From positions 384,001 to 448,000 of the forward strand of contig CAVUSO010000001.1 of NCBI GenBank assembly GCA_963744145.1: a DNA stretch of 64,000 nt, read 5' to 3'. Each line of letters opens with the position of its first letter. The first letter of the stretch is position 1. This DNA comes from an uncultured cyanobacterium (GTDB lineage Bacteria > Cyanobacteriota > Cyanobacteriia > Cyanobacteriales > CAWUOF01). A program made the translations under genes and the position numbers. Positions 44,996-54,592 of the stretch are shown here, one piece after another. Below the pieces are notes generated by a model. That model was given only the letters and a program-made list of their open reading frames with translations, was not told the origin of the DNA and ran no database searches.

Positions 44996-45676
44996 ATGCA
45001 AAACCTATTCTTATACCTGATCTTTGTCTCTATTCTCCTGAGTAGTATCCGTTATTTTTTAATCTTTTGGAGTATTCGTAAAAATATACTTTCATCAGTA
45101 AAATGTTTAGCTCAATCAGCCAACCAAATTCCCGATTATTTAAAAGAATTATTTCAATCCCCGATCGCAAAGTTACAGCAATTAGGATTTGAATTTTGTA
45201 CTTATTTGCAAATAGAAAGAGAGGATCATCCTTATCATCCGATACTTTGGGAAGCTTGACTATTTAATAAAATATTAAAAACCTATAGCACATTACCAGG
45301 ATTGTTGTTAGGATTGGGATTAGCGATCGCAATTTATAAAGAGAGCTATATTAGTTATCCAATTTGGGTACAAGATGCTAGTTCAATGTTGATCTTCCTG
45401 AATCTATTTAACCTCCTACCAATTTACCCTTTAGATGGTGGTCAAATTGCTGAACTATTGGTATTTTATCGTTTACCCTATATCGGTGTTTTGTTTAAAA
45501 TAATTGGGATTGCGCTCTTAGTAATGATGGGAATGACCGAACCAATACTATTGACATTCGCGATTTTGATTGCGTTCACTATTCATTCGGGCGACAATTT
45601 ATTGCTTAAACCCGTTAATTTTATATCCGAATGCTTCGCCCTGTTCTTCGCCGAAATATTCAAAAAAAAATCTTAA
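44996..45676 (+). pseudogene. Fragmented site-2 protease (M50) gene
   Basis: NLFNLLPIYPLDGG motif present, HExxH absent; two disjoint ORFs. Confidence 0.65.
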
Positions 45677-45721
45677 CTGAATGGATTTTAATATATAGTT
45701 GATCTGTTGGCTACATAGATG

Positions 45722-45848
45722 GTGAGGGATGAAAGCATTTCGGTAATATTATTCTTCCCTTCGACTATGCCCTTCGACTACGCTCAGGGAACACTCAGGG
45801 TAAACGCTTAAGCAATTATTTATGCGCCGAAATGCTCTCTGCCCCTAC
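45722..45848. repeat. REP-like element containing two nested 24-nt SDR-like repeats
   Basis: Arms agcatttcgg / ccgaaatgct...cccctac; nested cccttcgactacgctcaggg units. Confidence 0.7.
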
Positions 45849-45885
45849 AAGTTAACTAAACCGTATTGGTTTATAGAGCTAATTT

Positions 45886-46011
45886 ATGACTGGTAATATT
45901 GGCAAAACTAAAGTAGAATACGGAGATTTTTAGACACCATTAGAACTAGCTAAAATGGTATGCAAAAAATTGATAGAACTTGGTGTTAATCCTGATGTCA
46001 TATTAGAACCT
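45886..46011 (+). pseudogene. N-terminal remnant of an adenine DNA methyltransferase
   Basis: MTGNIGKTKVEYGDF*TPLELAKMVCKKLIELGVNPDVILEP: motif X and the start of motif I, in-frame TAG, then truncated. Confidence 0.7.
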
Positions 46012-46223
46012 CTGTATTTATTCAATACAGTGTTTAATTCGATCGCTTTTATTTGTCCTTTTTCATAGCCATCGAGCCTCTTTTCTGCTTCAGCTAACCA
46101 AATTTGGTCAAATTCTGGATCTGGTCTATCTAAGCTTCTTAAAATCCATTCAACCAGCATTAACTTGTCAGTTGCAGAAAGCGCTTCAATATCGGCATAA
46201 AGTTTGCTGTTTGCATTGGTCAT
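45930..46223 (-). CDS. Addiction-module antitoxin component; toxin missing, C-terminus reads into the MTase remnant
   Basis: ALSATDKLMLVEWILRSLDRPDPEFDQIWLAEAEKRLDGYEKG. Confidence 0.75.
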   Translation of the reverse strand: MTNANSKLYADIEALSATDKLMLVEWILRSLDRPDPEFDQIWLAEAEKRLDGYEKGQIKAIELNTVLNKYRGSNMTSGLTPSSINFLHTILASSNGV

Positions 46224-46364
46224 AATTTCATCCTGCTTTTTCAGCTTGAATCTTAACGATATTTTAGCAAATAAATGAGTGAAGTACATTTTTTATACAA
46301 TACACACACATTTGGGCATCTATTTAGTGAAAAATTGGGCTGTGATGGTAATTAGATTTACGAT

Positions 46365-46765
46365 TTTTACAGACCCGAAAGGTTTACTAGAATTAGCGAG
46401 AGTTCCCCTATTACTGCATTTAATTCCTATGGCTTATCCAGAAGGATACTTGCAGGTAGATTCAGGGAAACAACACCATAATAAACAATATTTAGAAGAT
46501 AGTCGCAATCAATTATTTACAGCATATATTGATTGCATCGCTTGTTGGTATTAGTCCAGATTGGCAAATCATTGCAGGTATCGGTGCAAATGGGTCGCTC
46601 CGATTACATCACTTTCCTACGGGTAAATTAATTAGTATAATGCACGAACATTCGGATCATATAACCTCTATTGTTTTTAGTCAAGATGGGCAGTTTATCG
46701 TCACTGGTAGTTATGATAAAACAATTAAAATTTGGCAGCAAGTTCCTCTCTCTAAATCAAACTAG
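46365..46765 (+). pseudogene. Fragments of a NACHT-like/WD40 gene
   Basis: LLELARVPLLLHLI fragment, then HSDHITSIVFSQDGQFIVTGSYDKTIKIW in another frame. Confidence 0.6.
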
Positions 46766-46791
46766 AGTAGTTTAAACCCTCTAAATTCATC

Positions 46792-47433
46792 CTAACTATT
46801 GCAAAGCAACCCAGTAATGCGTTTTATCACTCGTAAAACTCTAAACAAATTGTTGTTTTTATCACGAGATATTGCTGTGAACTTGTTGGATAAATCATAC
46901 TGACGCACCTGCTGATTTAGCTTAATAAAAATATAGTCATCACCAGTCGTGATCATCCCAAAAACTGGTATTTCTGAATGAGGGTTTGCCATCATATAGG
47001 CTAAAGTCTGTGGGAGAGCTTGTAAAACATTAACATTGAAACGCTTTTCCTCAATGACTACCACCCAAAATTGATTTTGGACTACTACCGCATCAATGAA
47101 TCCTTCTAATAAAGTGTCTCCGTTGTCAATTTCCACTGTTACAAATTTCTCACCTCGAATTTTAAAAGGGAGGTCAAATAGCCCGATTAAATCTAGCAGT
47201 GGAGAAACCATAATTTTGTCAATTGTGCCTTCTGCGATCGCACCATCTGCTGCATAATCAAGATATCGATTCTTTAACCGATTCAGAAATTCTTTTTCTC
47301 TATCTGTAATTTCGGGTAAATCCTCAAACCATTCTGTAAAGAATTGAAGATCACCCGTCTGAGTTAGGTTAAACTTATTATGCGCTTCGTTCAGGTTAGT
47401 AATAGCTTTAGTAATCCCAACTGTTTGAACCAT
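46792..47433 (-). CDS. Cyanobacterial PD-(D/E)XK / type I restriction R-subunit N-terminal-like protein
   Basis: EGFIDAVVV...VVVIEEKR...ALPQTLAYM...FGMITTGDDYIFIKL. Confidence 0.75.
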   Translation of the reverse strand: MVQTVGITKAITNLNEAHNKFNLTQTGDLQFFTEWFEDLPEITDREKEFLNRLKNRYLDYAADGAIAEGTIDKIMVSPLLDLIGLFDLPFKIRGEKFVTVEIDNGDTLLEGFIDAVVVQNQFWVVVIEEKRFNVNVLQALPQTLAYMMANPHSEIPVFGMITTGDDYIFIKLNQQVRQYDLSNKFTAISRDKNNNLFRVLRVIKRITGLLCNS

Positions 47434-47474
47434 AATTTATTATTCCTCCATCTTTGTGCAATCATTAAGACTAA

Positions 47475-47807
47475 CTATTGCACCGCTAACTCTGTAAACT
47501 TACGCATAAAAGGGGATCTATATCCCAAAACAATATCTGATTTAGGTACTCCAGCTTCAATTAACTCATTGGCTATCCCCACATCAGTTCCATCCCGTTG
47601 AATCCAAATTTTTCCAGATTTAATCTCAATATGAATAACACATCCAAAAACTCGTTTTTCTCCATGCCACCCCACCTGAAACATTAGATAGCGATCGCGA
47701 TCAGGATCGAAAGCAATTTGAGTCTCTACTTCGCAATCATCAGTATCTCCGTCAGAATTTTTTTCGACAATCGACTTAATAATTTTTCTATATCTTTCTA
47801 TCTCCAT
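47475..47807 (-). CDS. xisI: XisI family protein
   Basis: FDPDRDRYLMFQVGWHGEKRVFGCVIHIEIKSGKIWIQRDGTD...IVLGY. Confidence 0.9.
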   Translation of the reverse strand: MEIERYRKIIKSIVEKNSDGDTDDCEVETQIAFDPDRDRYLMFQVGWHGEKRVFGCVIHIEIKSGKIWIQRDGTDVGIANELIEAGVPKSDIVLGYRSPFMRKFTELAVQ

Positions 47808-47920
47808 GTTACAATTTTCTCTCTAATTGGATTAAATACCAGTAAGTTTAATTGCATCCGCGTCACCGACATTTGAGCTAAACGTCGAGTAAAAAACTCT
47901 TCATAAATATCCTCTGGAAC
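47798..47920 (-). pseudogene. xisH: C-terminal remnant of XisH
   Basis: VPEDIYEEFFTRRLAQMSVTRMQLNLLVFNPIREKIVTWR*, overlapping the xisI start as in xisHI pairs. Confidence 0.75.
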
Positions 47921-49520
47921 TCTGGGAGTTCTTACTAGCAATATTTCTAGCAAGTTGTCTTTTTTTAATACCTGCCTTTAAAATCATTTCTTGCTCTAAT
48001 GCTGTTTGATCAAAAAAATCTACGGGCCAATTAGTAACTCCAAAATTTTCATCAATGCCAACTTCTTCGTAAACAGAACCTGAATCAGTTGCACTAATAA
48101 AATAAATGCCAATTAAATCTTTTAACCTACCAGTTTCATCTTCAACAATTCTTCTAACTAATCTGTTGATAATATGATCGCTGTGAGTTTCAACCATCAC
48201 CTTTTTTCCAGATAAAGCTAGTGCAATAAAATAATCAGATAATTGCATCTGAAGATTAGGATGTAAATGGATCTCTGGTTGCTCAAGTAAAAGCGTATTC
48301 CTTTGTGGCATCCTTAATCCTTCTAACAGAATCGGGAAAATTTGGCTGACTCCAAAACCTACATCAGCAATACTAACACGAGTTTTAGATGCGGAACTAG
48401 AATTAAGATTTAGATAAACAATCTCATTAATAACTTCTGATTTGAATCCTTTTATATTCATCAAATTGAACCATTCTTGTATAGCAGCAGATAAAGTTAT
48501 ATTATTTTCTTGCTTGAAAGAATTACTTTTAGTGTCATAAAAATAGTGATTTAAAACAGGGTTATTTTGCTCTATTAAATAAATGTATGCTGCATCCTCA
48601 CCTTTGATACCAATTTCGGTAATTTCCTCCTCATATATATATCTTCTAGAAGGCTCTTCCCTCAATGGACCTATATAGCTATAAGATGAAAAAATTGCTT
48701 GCAATAAATTATTTATCCTGTAAAGTCCAGATGAAACATCTGATAAACCTCTTAATCCTTCAAAGTCACCTTTAATAGGAATAGGTGTAAATCTAAATAA
48801 ACTTTCAAATTTAAGGTTTACAGATGATATTTCTCCTTTACTATTTTCTTCATCTCGTCTGATTTTATTTTTTAGATTATCCCAGCTAATTGTATATAAA
48901 TTATTATCATCAAGTTGGATTTTAATAGAAAAACCTGGAACTTTTTGTTTATCTAATCCTATTGTCTCAATGCTAAATTGAAACTGCTCAATACTAATTG
49001 CTTTTGTAGAATTTTTATTTTTAGTTCTGTTTCTATGTTTAGGTGCTTTCAGAACGTTTTTGATGTAAATAAAAATATCATCAAGTCGCCGTCCCGGAGG
49101 AAATGAGCCGTGCGGAAAAAGATCGTAGATAAACATTCTGAGGGGCACATTATTGTTCAGGGTCGTTGATATTTGGTCTTCCTTCGTTAACTTGAAGCTA
49201 AATTCAAATACTAAGGAATTGTCCAAGTTTTTCTCAAAAATTATGTTTTCAAATGAACCTAAATGTACGAACCTTCCATTTAGTAAAAGAATTTGGTTGG
49301 GATTTTGACTCTCCAGAGTTTGTTTGAGTAAAAGTATGCTTTGGAGGATAGAGCTTTTTCCACAGCTATTAGATCCACATAAAATTGTGATTGGTTTAAC
49401 TTTTAAATTCTCTAAATTTTTAAAGCCTTTGAAATTTTCTAAACAAAGGTTTTCTAACATATTTTTCTGCGCCTCGTTCAGATTAGTAATAGCTTTGGCA
49501 ATTCCAACCATCTGAGCCAT
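47901..49520 (-). CDS. AAA_21/DUF3696-type ABC ATPase (defence-island type)
   Basis: LENFKGF, GSNSCGKSS, IGPLR, DVGFGVSQ, LEQPEIHLHP, ETHSDH, WPVDFFDQ; start 49520 or 49460. Confidence 0.85.
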   Translation of the reverse strand: MAQMVGIAKAITNLNEAQKNMLENLCLENFKGFKNLENLKVKPITILCGSNSCGKSSILQSILLLKQTLESQNPNQILLLNGRFVHLGSFENIIFEKNLDNSLVFEFSFKLTKEDQISTTLNNNVPLRMFIYDLFPHGSFPPGRRLDDIFIYIKNVLKAPKHRNRTKNKNSTKAISIEQFQFSIETIGLDKQKVPGFSIKIQLDDNNLYTISWDNLKNKIRRDEENSKGEISSVNLKFESLFRFTPIPIKGDFEGLRGLSDVSSGLYRINNLLQAIFSSYSYIGPLREEPSRRYIYEEEITEIGIKGEDAAYIYLIEQNNPVLNHYFYDTKSNSFKQENNITLSAAIQEWFNLMNIKGFKSEVINEIVYLNLNSSSASKTRVSIADVGFGVSQIFPILLEGLRMPQRNTLLLEQPEIHLHPNLQMQLSDYFIALALSGKKVMVETHSDHIINRLVRRIVEDETGRLKDLIGIYFISATDSGSVYEEVGIDENFGVTNWPVDFFDQTALEQEMILKAGIKKRQLARNIASKNSQSSRGYL

Positions 49521-49531
49521 AACTGAGCCAA

Positions 49532-49618
49532 CGGAGAGGGTGGGATTTGAACCCACGTTAGAGTTTCCCCTAAAGCAGATTTCGAGTCTGCCGCATTCAA
49601 CCGCTCTGCCACCTCTCC
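49532..49618 (-). tRNA. trnS: tRNA-Ser(CGA)
   Basis: GGAGAGGTGGCAGAGCGGTTGAATGCG-GCAGA CT CGA AA TCTGC, long variable arm, GTGGGTTCAAATCCCAC-CCTCTCCG; no encoded CCA. Confidence 0.96.
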
Positions 49619-49658
49619 AAAATCGATTGCATATCCTATATTACTATATTTTCTCATT

Positions 49659-52076
49659 TTATAGCAAGGAAGTATCATTTTCACTCGTATCCAGGGTAGT
49701 CTCAAATCCACTCCCAGGGGTCCATTGGATCGCACCATCTTGACTACTGGAGTAAAGTTGGATTTGCTTGAGCTGTAATAAGGTCTTGGTTTCCGGATCA
49801 ATGGGACTAGACGCGGCGATCGCGATTTTTGGTTGCAATAATCCTAATAGCTCTTCACGTAAACGTTTTCCCGACCACCAGAGGACATCCGGATGTGGTA
49901 AATCTGCTGTTTTCACCAATCTACTTTGCTGATCTGGTGGAAAATCTCCCAGCCATAACCATGTCTGGCCACTTATTTGCAATTCTACTACGGTTGGTTG
50001 AGCCTTGATTAATTCTAGCTTGGCTGAACCCATTTCGATTGGTTGACCGACTGTTAAGGATTGGTATGACCCCTGATCTGCTTGGACTCCATTGATAATG
50101 ATCTGCTTAGTAGGTTCTGAATTCTTTTTGCTGGTATTATCATGAAAATTTTTGACCCTCATCCGTTCTAATATCTGTAACCAACCACTTTTGATGTCTA
50201 ATTTCGGATCAGTCGCGATCGCCCAATCAATTTGGTTGACTCCTTGTTTTTGGAAAAACGGTAAAATTGTAAACCGAGCTGTATTTTCATTCCCACTATT
50301 AACCAAAACGACTTTTTCTCGTTCTTGAATTACTAAAACTGGATCTCCAGATGCGGACAGCACTGTCACTTTAAATAAGGATACTTTACTCTGCCAAATG
50401 GGAATGATCACGATCGCCACTGCGATCAAAGTCGCAAACCACCAACTTCTAACTATGATATTCAATTTGGCGATTAATTGCTCCCTCAGTTTTTTACTTT
50501 TAACTTTGGCTTTGAGATGATCTTTTTTTCCTATTTCTGGCGATCGCTGACTACCCAATAATAAAAATAGACCGATTACTCCATAAAGTGATACCATCTG
50601 CACTGTGGAAATCGTACCTACAGCTACCGCATTTCCCGGTAACTTGCTAAAAAAATGCGCGATCGTAATGAGTCCCTGAGTCGGATAATATAACAATTGT
50701 GCTAATCCACTTCCTGTTGCTGAGTGAATTAAGGCTGCGATCGCACTAATAAATCCACCTAAACTAATAATCGAAATTAAAGGAGCGACCAGAACATTGA
50801 CTAATAAGGTATAGGGTGATATGAGACCAAATGTATAGATTTGGAGGGGAATAGTCCAGATAAAAGCTGCTAAAGAAACCGCGATCGAAGATGCGATCAC
50901 TGGTGGTAACCAATCTAATTTTTTAGCGATTGATGGTTCGGTTACTAGCAACCCAAGAGTAGCGAGAAAACTTAACTGAAACCCTAAATCCCAAATCCAA
51001 TTAGGATTAAATAATAACATTAATGTTGCTGACAATAACAATAGTGCTAAAGGTTTACTTTTTCTTTTAATTAATAAAGCAATTAAAATTCCAAAAAATC
51101 CCATGATTGCTGCTCTGACGATCGAAGCTTGACAACCAGTCAGACCCAGAAATACTAATAAAGATGTCGAACCACAGATAAATTGAATTTTTTCCGAAAA
51201 ACGCTTGCATAAAGATAGCACCAGTGTTAGTATTAATGATACTTGAAATCCCGATGCAGCTAAAGCATGAGTTAATCCAATTTGTTTAAAGTCATCTTGA
51301 ATATCATAAGGTAAATCTACCGCTCGGTTACCGATTACCATCGCACTTACTAACGGTCCTGCTGGAACTCCTAACCCGAATACTTGAGAGCGGATAATTT
51401 TTTGTCGTACCATCCACCATCCCCATTTCGGTTCTTCTTGAGCTGGAATCCGAACTTGTCTTCCTACTAAACCAGCAAAACAACCTTCTTTAGCTAAATA
51501 AGCTTGAAAATTAAATCCACCTGGATTACTTGGTGGTTTAGGTTGATATAATTTGCCCGTGACTGTAATCGTTTCTCCTGGATATAAACCAGTTGCTTGG
51601 AGTAAGGGTACAGTCACATAAAGTTTACCAGTTACACCGCGATCGCCAGCTAGAGGATCATGATTATTTTGTGCGGTTTCTATATTAGGACTAACAATTG
51701 GATTGAGTTGAGTTGCTTCTAACCAAAATTGGGCTCTTTGCGATCGAGTAACTCGCGGTGTACTGATTACTTCTCCCCAAATTGTGACTACTTCCTCTTT
51801 AATATTTTCTGCATCAGTAGGCACAAATTTACTAATATCATTTAGACCTGCTTGTGGGACTTGGGCATGAAAATAGAAAGTTGCTAAAAAACCAACTATT
51901 CCTGCTATAAACCAGACCCATCTTTGCGGTCCTCCTCTCCAAAAATAAGGAATCGCGATCGCTGTTCCCGCTCCTAAAGTAAGCATGATATAGCCACCCC
52001 AGGGAACTACTGTAGAGAGCAGACCTATAATATAAGCCAAACTAAGAATGATGATAGCTGTTTGGAACACGGGCAA
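49659..52076 (-). CDS. comEC: Competence protein ComEC/Rec2
   Basis: NPGGFNF, GLTHALAASGFQV, DLGFQLSFLAT, degenerate metallo-beta-lactamase-like tail. Confidence 0.9.
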   Translation of the reverse strand: MPVFQTAIIILSLAYIIGLLSTVVPWGGYIMLTLGAGTAIAIPYFWRGGPQRWVWFIAGIVGFLATFYFHAQVPQAGLNDISKFVPTDAENIKEEVVTIWGEVISTPRVTRSQRAQFWLEATQLNPIVSPNIETAQNNHDPLAGDRGVTGKLYVTVPLLQATGLYPGETITVTGKLYQPKPPSNPGGFNFQAYLAKEGCFAGLVGRQVRIPAQEEPKWGWWMVRQKIIRSQVFGLGVPAGPLVSAMVIGNRAVDLPYDIQDDFKQIGLTHALAASGFQVSLILTLVLSLCKRFSEKIQFICGSTSLLVFLGLTGCQASIVRAAIMGFFGILIALLIKRKSKPLALLLLSATLMLLFNPNWIWDLGFQLSFLATLGLLVTEPSIAKKLDWLPPVIASSIAVSLAAFIWTIPLQIYTFGLISPYTLLVNVLVAPLISIISLGGFISAIAALIHSATGSGLAQLLYYPTQGLITIAHFFSKLPGNAVAVGTISTVQMVSLYGVIGLFLLLGSQRSPEIGKKDHLKAKVKSKKLREQLIAKLNIIVRSWWFATLIAVAIVIIPIWQSKVSLFKVTVLSASGDPVLVIQEREKVVLVNSGNENTARFTILPFFQKQGVNQIDWAIATDPKLDIKSGWLQILERMRVKNFHDNTSKKNSEPTKQIIINGVQADQGSYQSLTVGQPIEMGSAKLELIKAQPTVVELQISGQTWLWLGDFPPDQQSRLVKTADLPHPDVLWWSGKRLREELLGLLQPKIAIAASSPIDPETKTLLQLKQIQLYSSSQDGAIQWTPGSGFETTLDTSENDTSLL

Positions 52077-52177
52077 AAAATCCGATGGTTAATCCTGTTG
52101 GTGATGAGAATGATAGCTCTAGATCATGCGCGAGGCAATTAAATAATTGCCCCTGGGAAAAACTCAATTTGCCAGAG

Positions 52178-53063
52178 TCAAGCTACAAGCGATCGCAACT
52201 GAGGAAACCCCAGTGCTTCTCTTTGCTGCAAGTATAATTGAGCTACTTGTCGAGCTAAGTTCCGAATTCTACCAATATATCGAGTTCTTTCGGTCACAGA
52301 AATTACACCTCTAGCATCTAATAAATTAAAAGTGTGAGAACACTTTAAAATGTAATCAAGTGTAGGTGCCACCAGTTCTTTTTTAGTCAACTGTTCTGCT
52401 TCCTGTTCATATAACCCAAATAATTTAAACAGTAAATCTGGATTAGATGCTTGAAAATTATAGGTACATTGTTCAATTTCTCCTTGGAGGTGAACATCTC
52501 CGTAGGTTACCTGATCATTCCAGGAAATCTTCGTAAAAGCATCGGTTTGCTGGAGATACATAGTTAATCTTTCCAGACCATAAGTAATTTCGATCGAAAC
52601 CGGACGACAATCGATACCCCCACATTGTTGAAAATAGGTAAATTGAGTAATTTCCATTCCATCGAGCCAAACTTCCCAACCCACACCCCAAGCACCAAGG
52701 GTGGGAGACTCCCAGTTATCTTCAACAAACCGAATATCATGGTCTTCCGGTTGAATCCCCAGAGCTCTCAAGGAATCTAGATAAATATCTTGAATATTAT
52801 TTGGAGATGGTTTAATCAGCACTTGATACTGATAGTAGTGTTGATAGCGATTCGGATTTTCCCCATAACGTCCATCGGTAGGACGTTCTACAGGGCTCAA
52901 CATAAGCGACCGACCAAGGTTCCGGACCGATCGCTCTCAGAAAAGTATGGGGACTCATTGTCCCAGCACCTTTTTCTATGTCATAGGATTGGGCAATTAG
53001 ACAACCGCGATCGGCCCAAAACTGATTTAATGTAAAAATTACAGACTGAAAATTCACGCCCAT
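52178..53063 (-). CDS. glyQ: Glycine--tRNA ligase alpha subunit, split by a one-base insertion near 52886
   Basis: [21 protein letters not shown] and [13 protein letters not shown]...[15 protein letters not shown]. Confidence 0.95.
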
Positions 53064-53151
53064 TTTTGTCCTTATCGTAAGATACCAGCTCTACTATTGC
53101 TCTATTTTTAGGGAGAAAGAGATTTTAGCTAAATTTCCGTTCCTAATAGAT

Positions 53152-53292
53152 TAGACAAGCAAGCAAAAGTCATGTTGATCAATTTATTGGACAATCAATT
53201 TATTGGACAGGCAAGATGCCTGTCCCACAACAACAAAAAACTTTTGTGGGACAGGCATCTTGCCTGTTCTAGTTATTTTTGCAAGAAGTCTA
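53152..53292. mobile_element. MITE with internal REP palindromes, copy 2
   Basis: Homologous to 43541-43666; ends ttgcaagaagtcta. Confidence 0.75.
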
Positions 53293-53479
53293 GTAAAATA
53301 TTATCATCCCCATGTTTGTCAATCTCAAAACAATTAACGAATTTGCGCCATTTCAGCCAAGGAGCAATCAGGGTTTCATCCCTGGTTGACCAAAGAGGAA
53401 TAATATCAGTTTTAGTAAACCAGTTAGGTCAGGTGTCAGAAAAAAATTTATTGCTTACTTGATTTGTGAGCAGATATCC

Positions 53480-53872
53480 TCAATCTTTCATGTAAGCTTG
53501 ATTCATAGCTTGGACAAAATCTTGATGTTCTTGACTTGCTAATCCCTGTTGCAAAACCTCTAAAACTTTGGCTAAATTTCCCGTCAATAAAGCAGTTTTA
53601 TCTAACCACAATCCCGGAAATATCGCAGAAGAAATCGTGCCATTAGTGTTAGGTTCAATTTTAATATATTCTCCAGCATTTAATCTAAACCAATCAAATT
53701 CACGGTCATAAATTCGCCATACTAAATATTCTTGTACTCCATTGCGACGATAAACGTTGAGTTTTTGATGTAAATCTAAAGAGGCAGTAGAAGCAGCAAT
53801 TTCCACAATTAATTCAGGGGCACCTTCAACATAATCATCTTCACTAATGCAAGATTGTCCCCCCGTAATCAT
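53480..53872 (-). pseudogene. Uma2 protein lacking its N-terminal half
   Basis: Aligns only with the C-terminal ~130 aa of the 26627 paralogue (GGQ...DDYVEGAPELIVEIAA). Confidence 0.7.
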
Positions 53873-53946
53873 GGTTTTTTGGGAAGCGATCGCTTATAAT
53901 TATAGCAAATTACTTACAATATGATCTGAACCTATCGACAACAACT

Positions 53947-54567
53947 ATGAAAATTACCCTTGATCTACCCCAAACTGAACTAGAAAAACTGATTGCTCCG
54001 GCGATCGCCCAATCGCGGATCTCCCTCTATAACATAACCTGGAAGCAATATGAACAATTGATCGAGCTATTCTCTGGACATCATAACCTGCACCTAATTT
54101 ATCTCCAAGGGGCTTTAGAAATCGTGACGCTTTCAGCAGAGCATGAAATGATCAAAACCATGATTGCAAGGCTTTTATATGTCTATGCTGATGCACTGAA
54201 TATTGATTTATTTAGCTGCGGTTCAGCTACCTGCAAATCAGCAGCAACTGAACGGGGTTTAGAACCAGATGAAAGCTTTTGCATCGGTCAGCGACAACAA
54301 TTTCCAGACTTAGCGATCGAGGTAATTGTTACCAGTGGAGGGATCGATAAGCTTGAAGTTTATCAAGGGTTACAAATTACCGAAGTTTGGTTTTATCAAA
54401 ATGAAAAATTTTCCCTCTATGGGATTAAGTCAGATCGCTCTGGTTACGAGGCGATCGCCCAAAGTCAATTCTTCCCAAATCTTAATTTAGAACTCATGGC
54501 AGAGTATATTCGTCCCGATCGCGAACCAGAAATGGTAAGAGCATGGCGCAAGGTGATCAATACTTAA
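53947..54567 (+). CDS. Uma2 family protein
   Basis: ITWKQYE, GLEPDESF, PDLAIEV. Confidence 0.9.
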   Translation: MKITLDLPQTELEKLIAPAIAQSRISLYNITWKQYEQLIELFSGHHNLHLIYLQGALEIVTLSAEHEMIKTMIARLLYVYADALNIDLFSCGSATCKSAATERGLEPDESFCIGQRQQFPDLAIEVIVTSGGIDKLEVYQGLQITEVWFYQNEKFSLYGIKSDRSGYEAIAQSQFFPNLNLELMAEYIRPDREPEMVRAWRKVINT

Positions 54568-54592
54568 ACTAAAGAAAAAGCAGTGTAGATAA

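Noticed and set aside
44900..49531. Prophage or integrative element at tRNA-Ser
   Set aside because: No integrase, phage genes or duplicated tRNA 3' end seen
49478..49801. ORFs overlapping tRNA-Ser, and the ATPase start at 49556
   Set aside because: They overlap a clear tRNA gene
52178..53063. glyQ as a true pseudogene
   Set aside because: Otherwise intact essential gene with a single indel that shares context with two others; an artefact is more likely
53172..53462. 96-aa ORF
   Set aside because: Translates through a MITE
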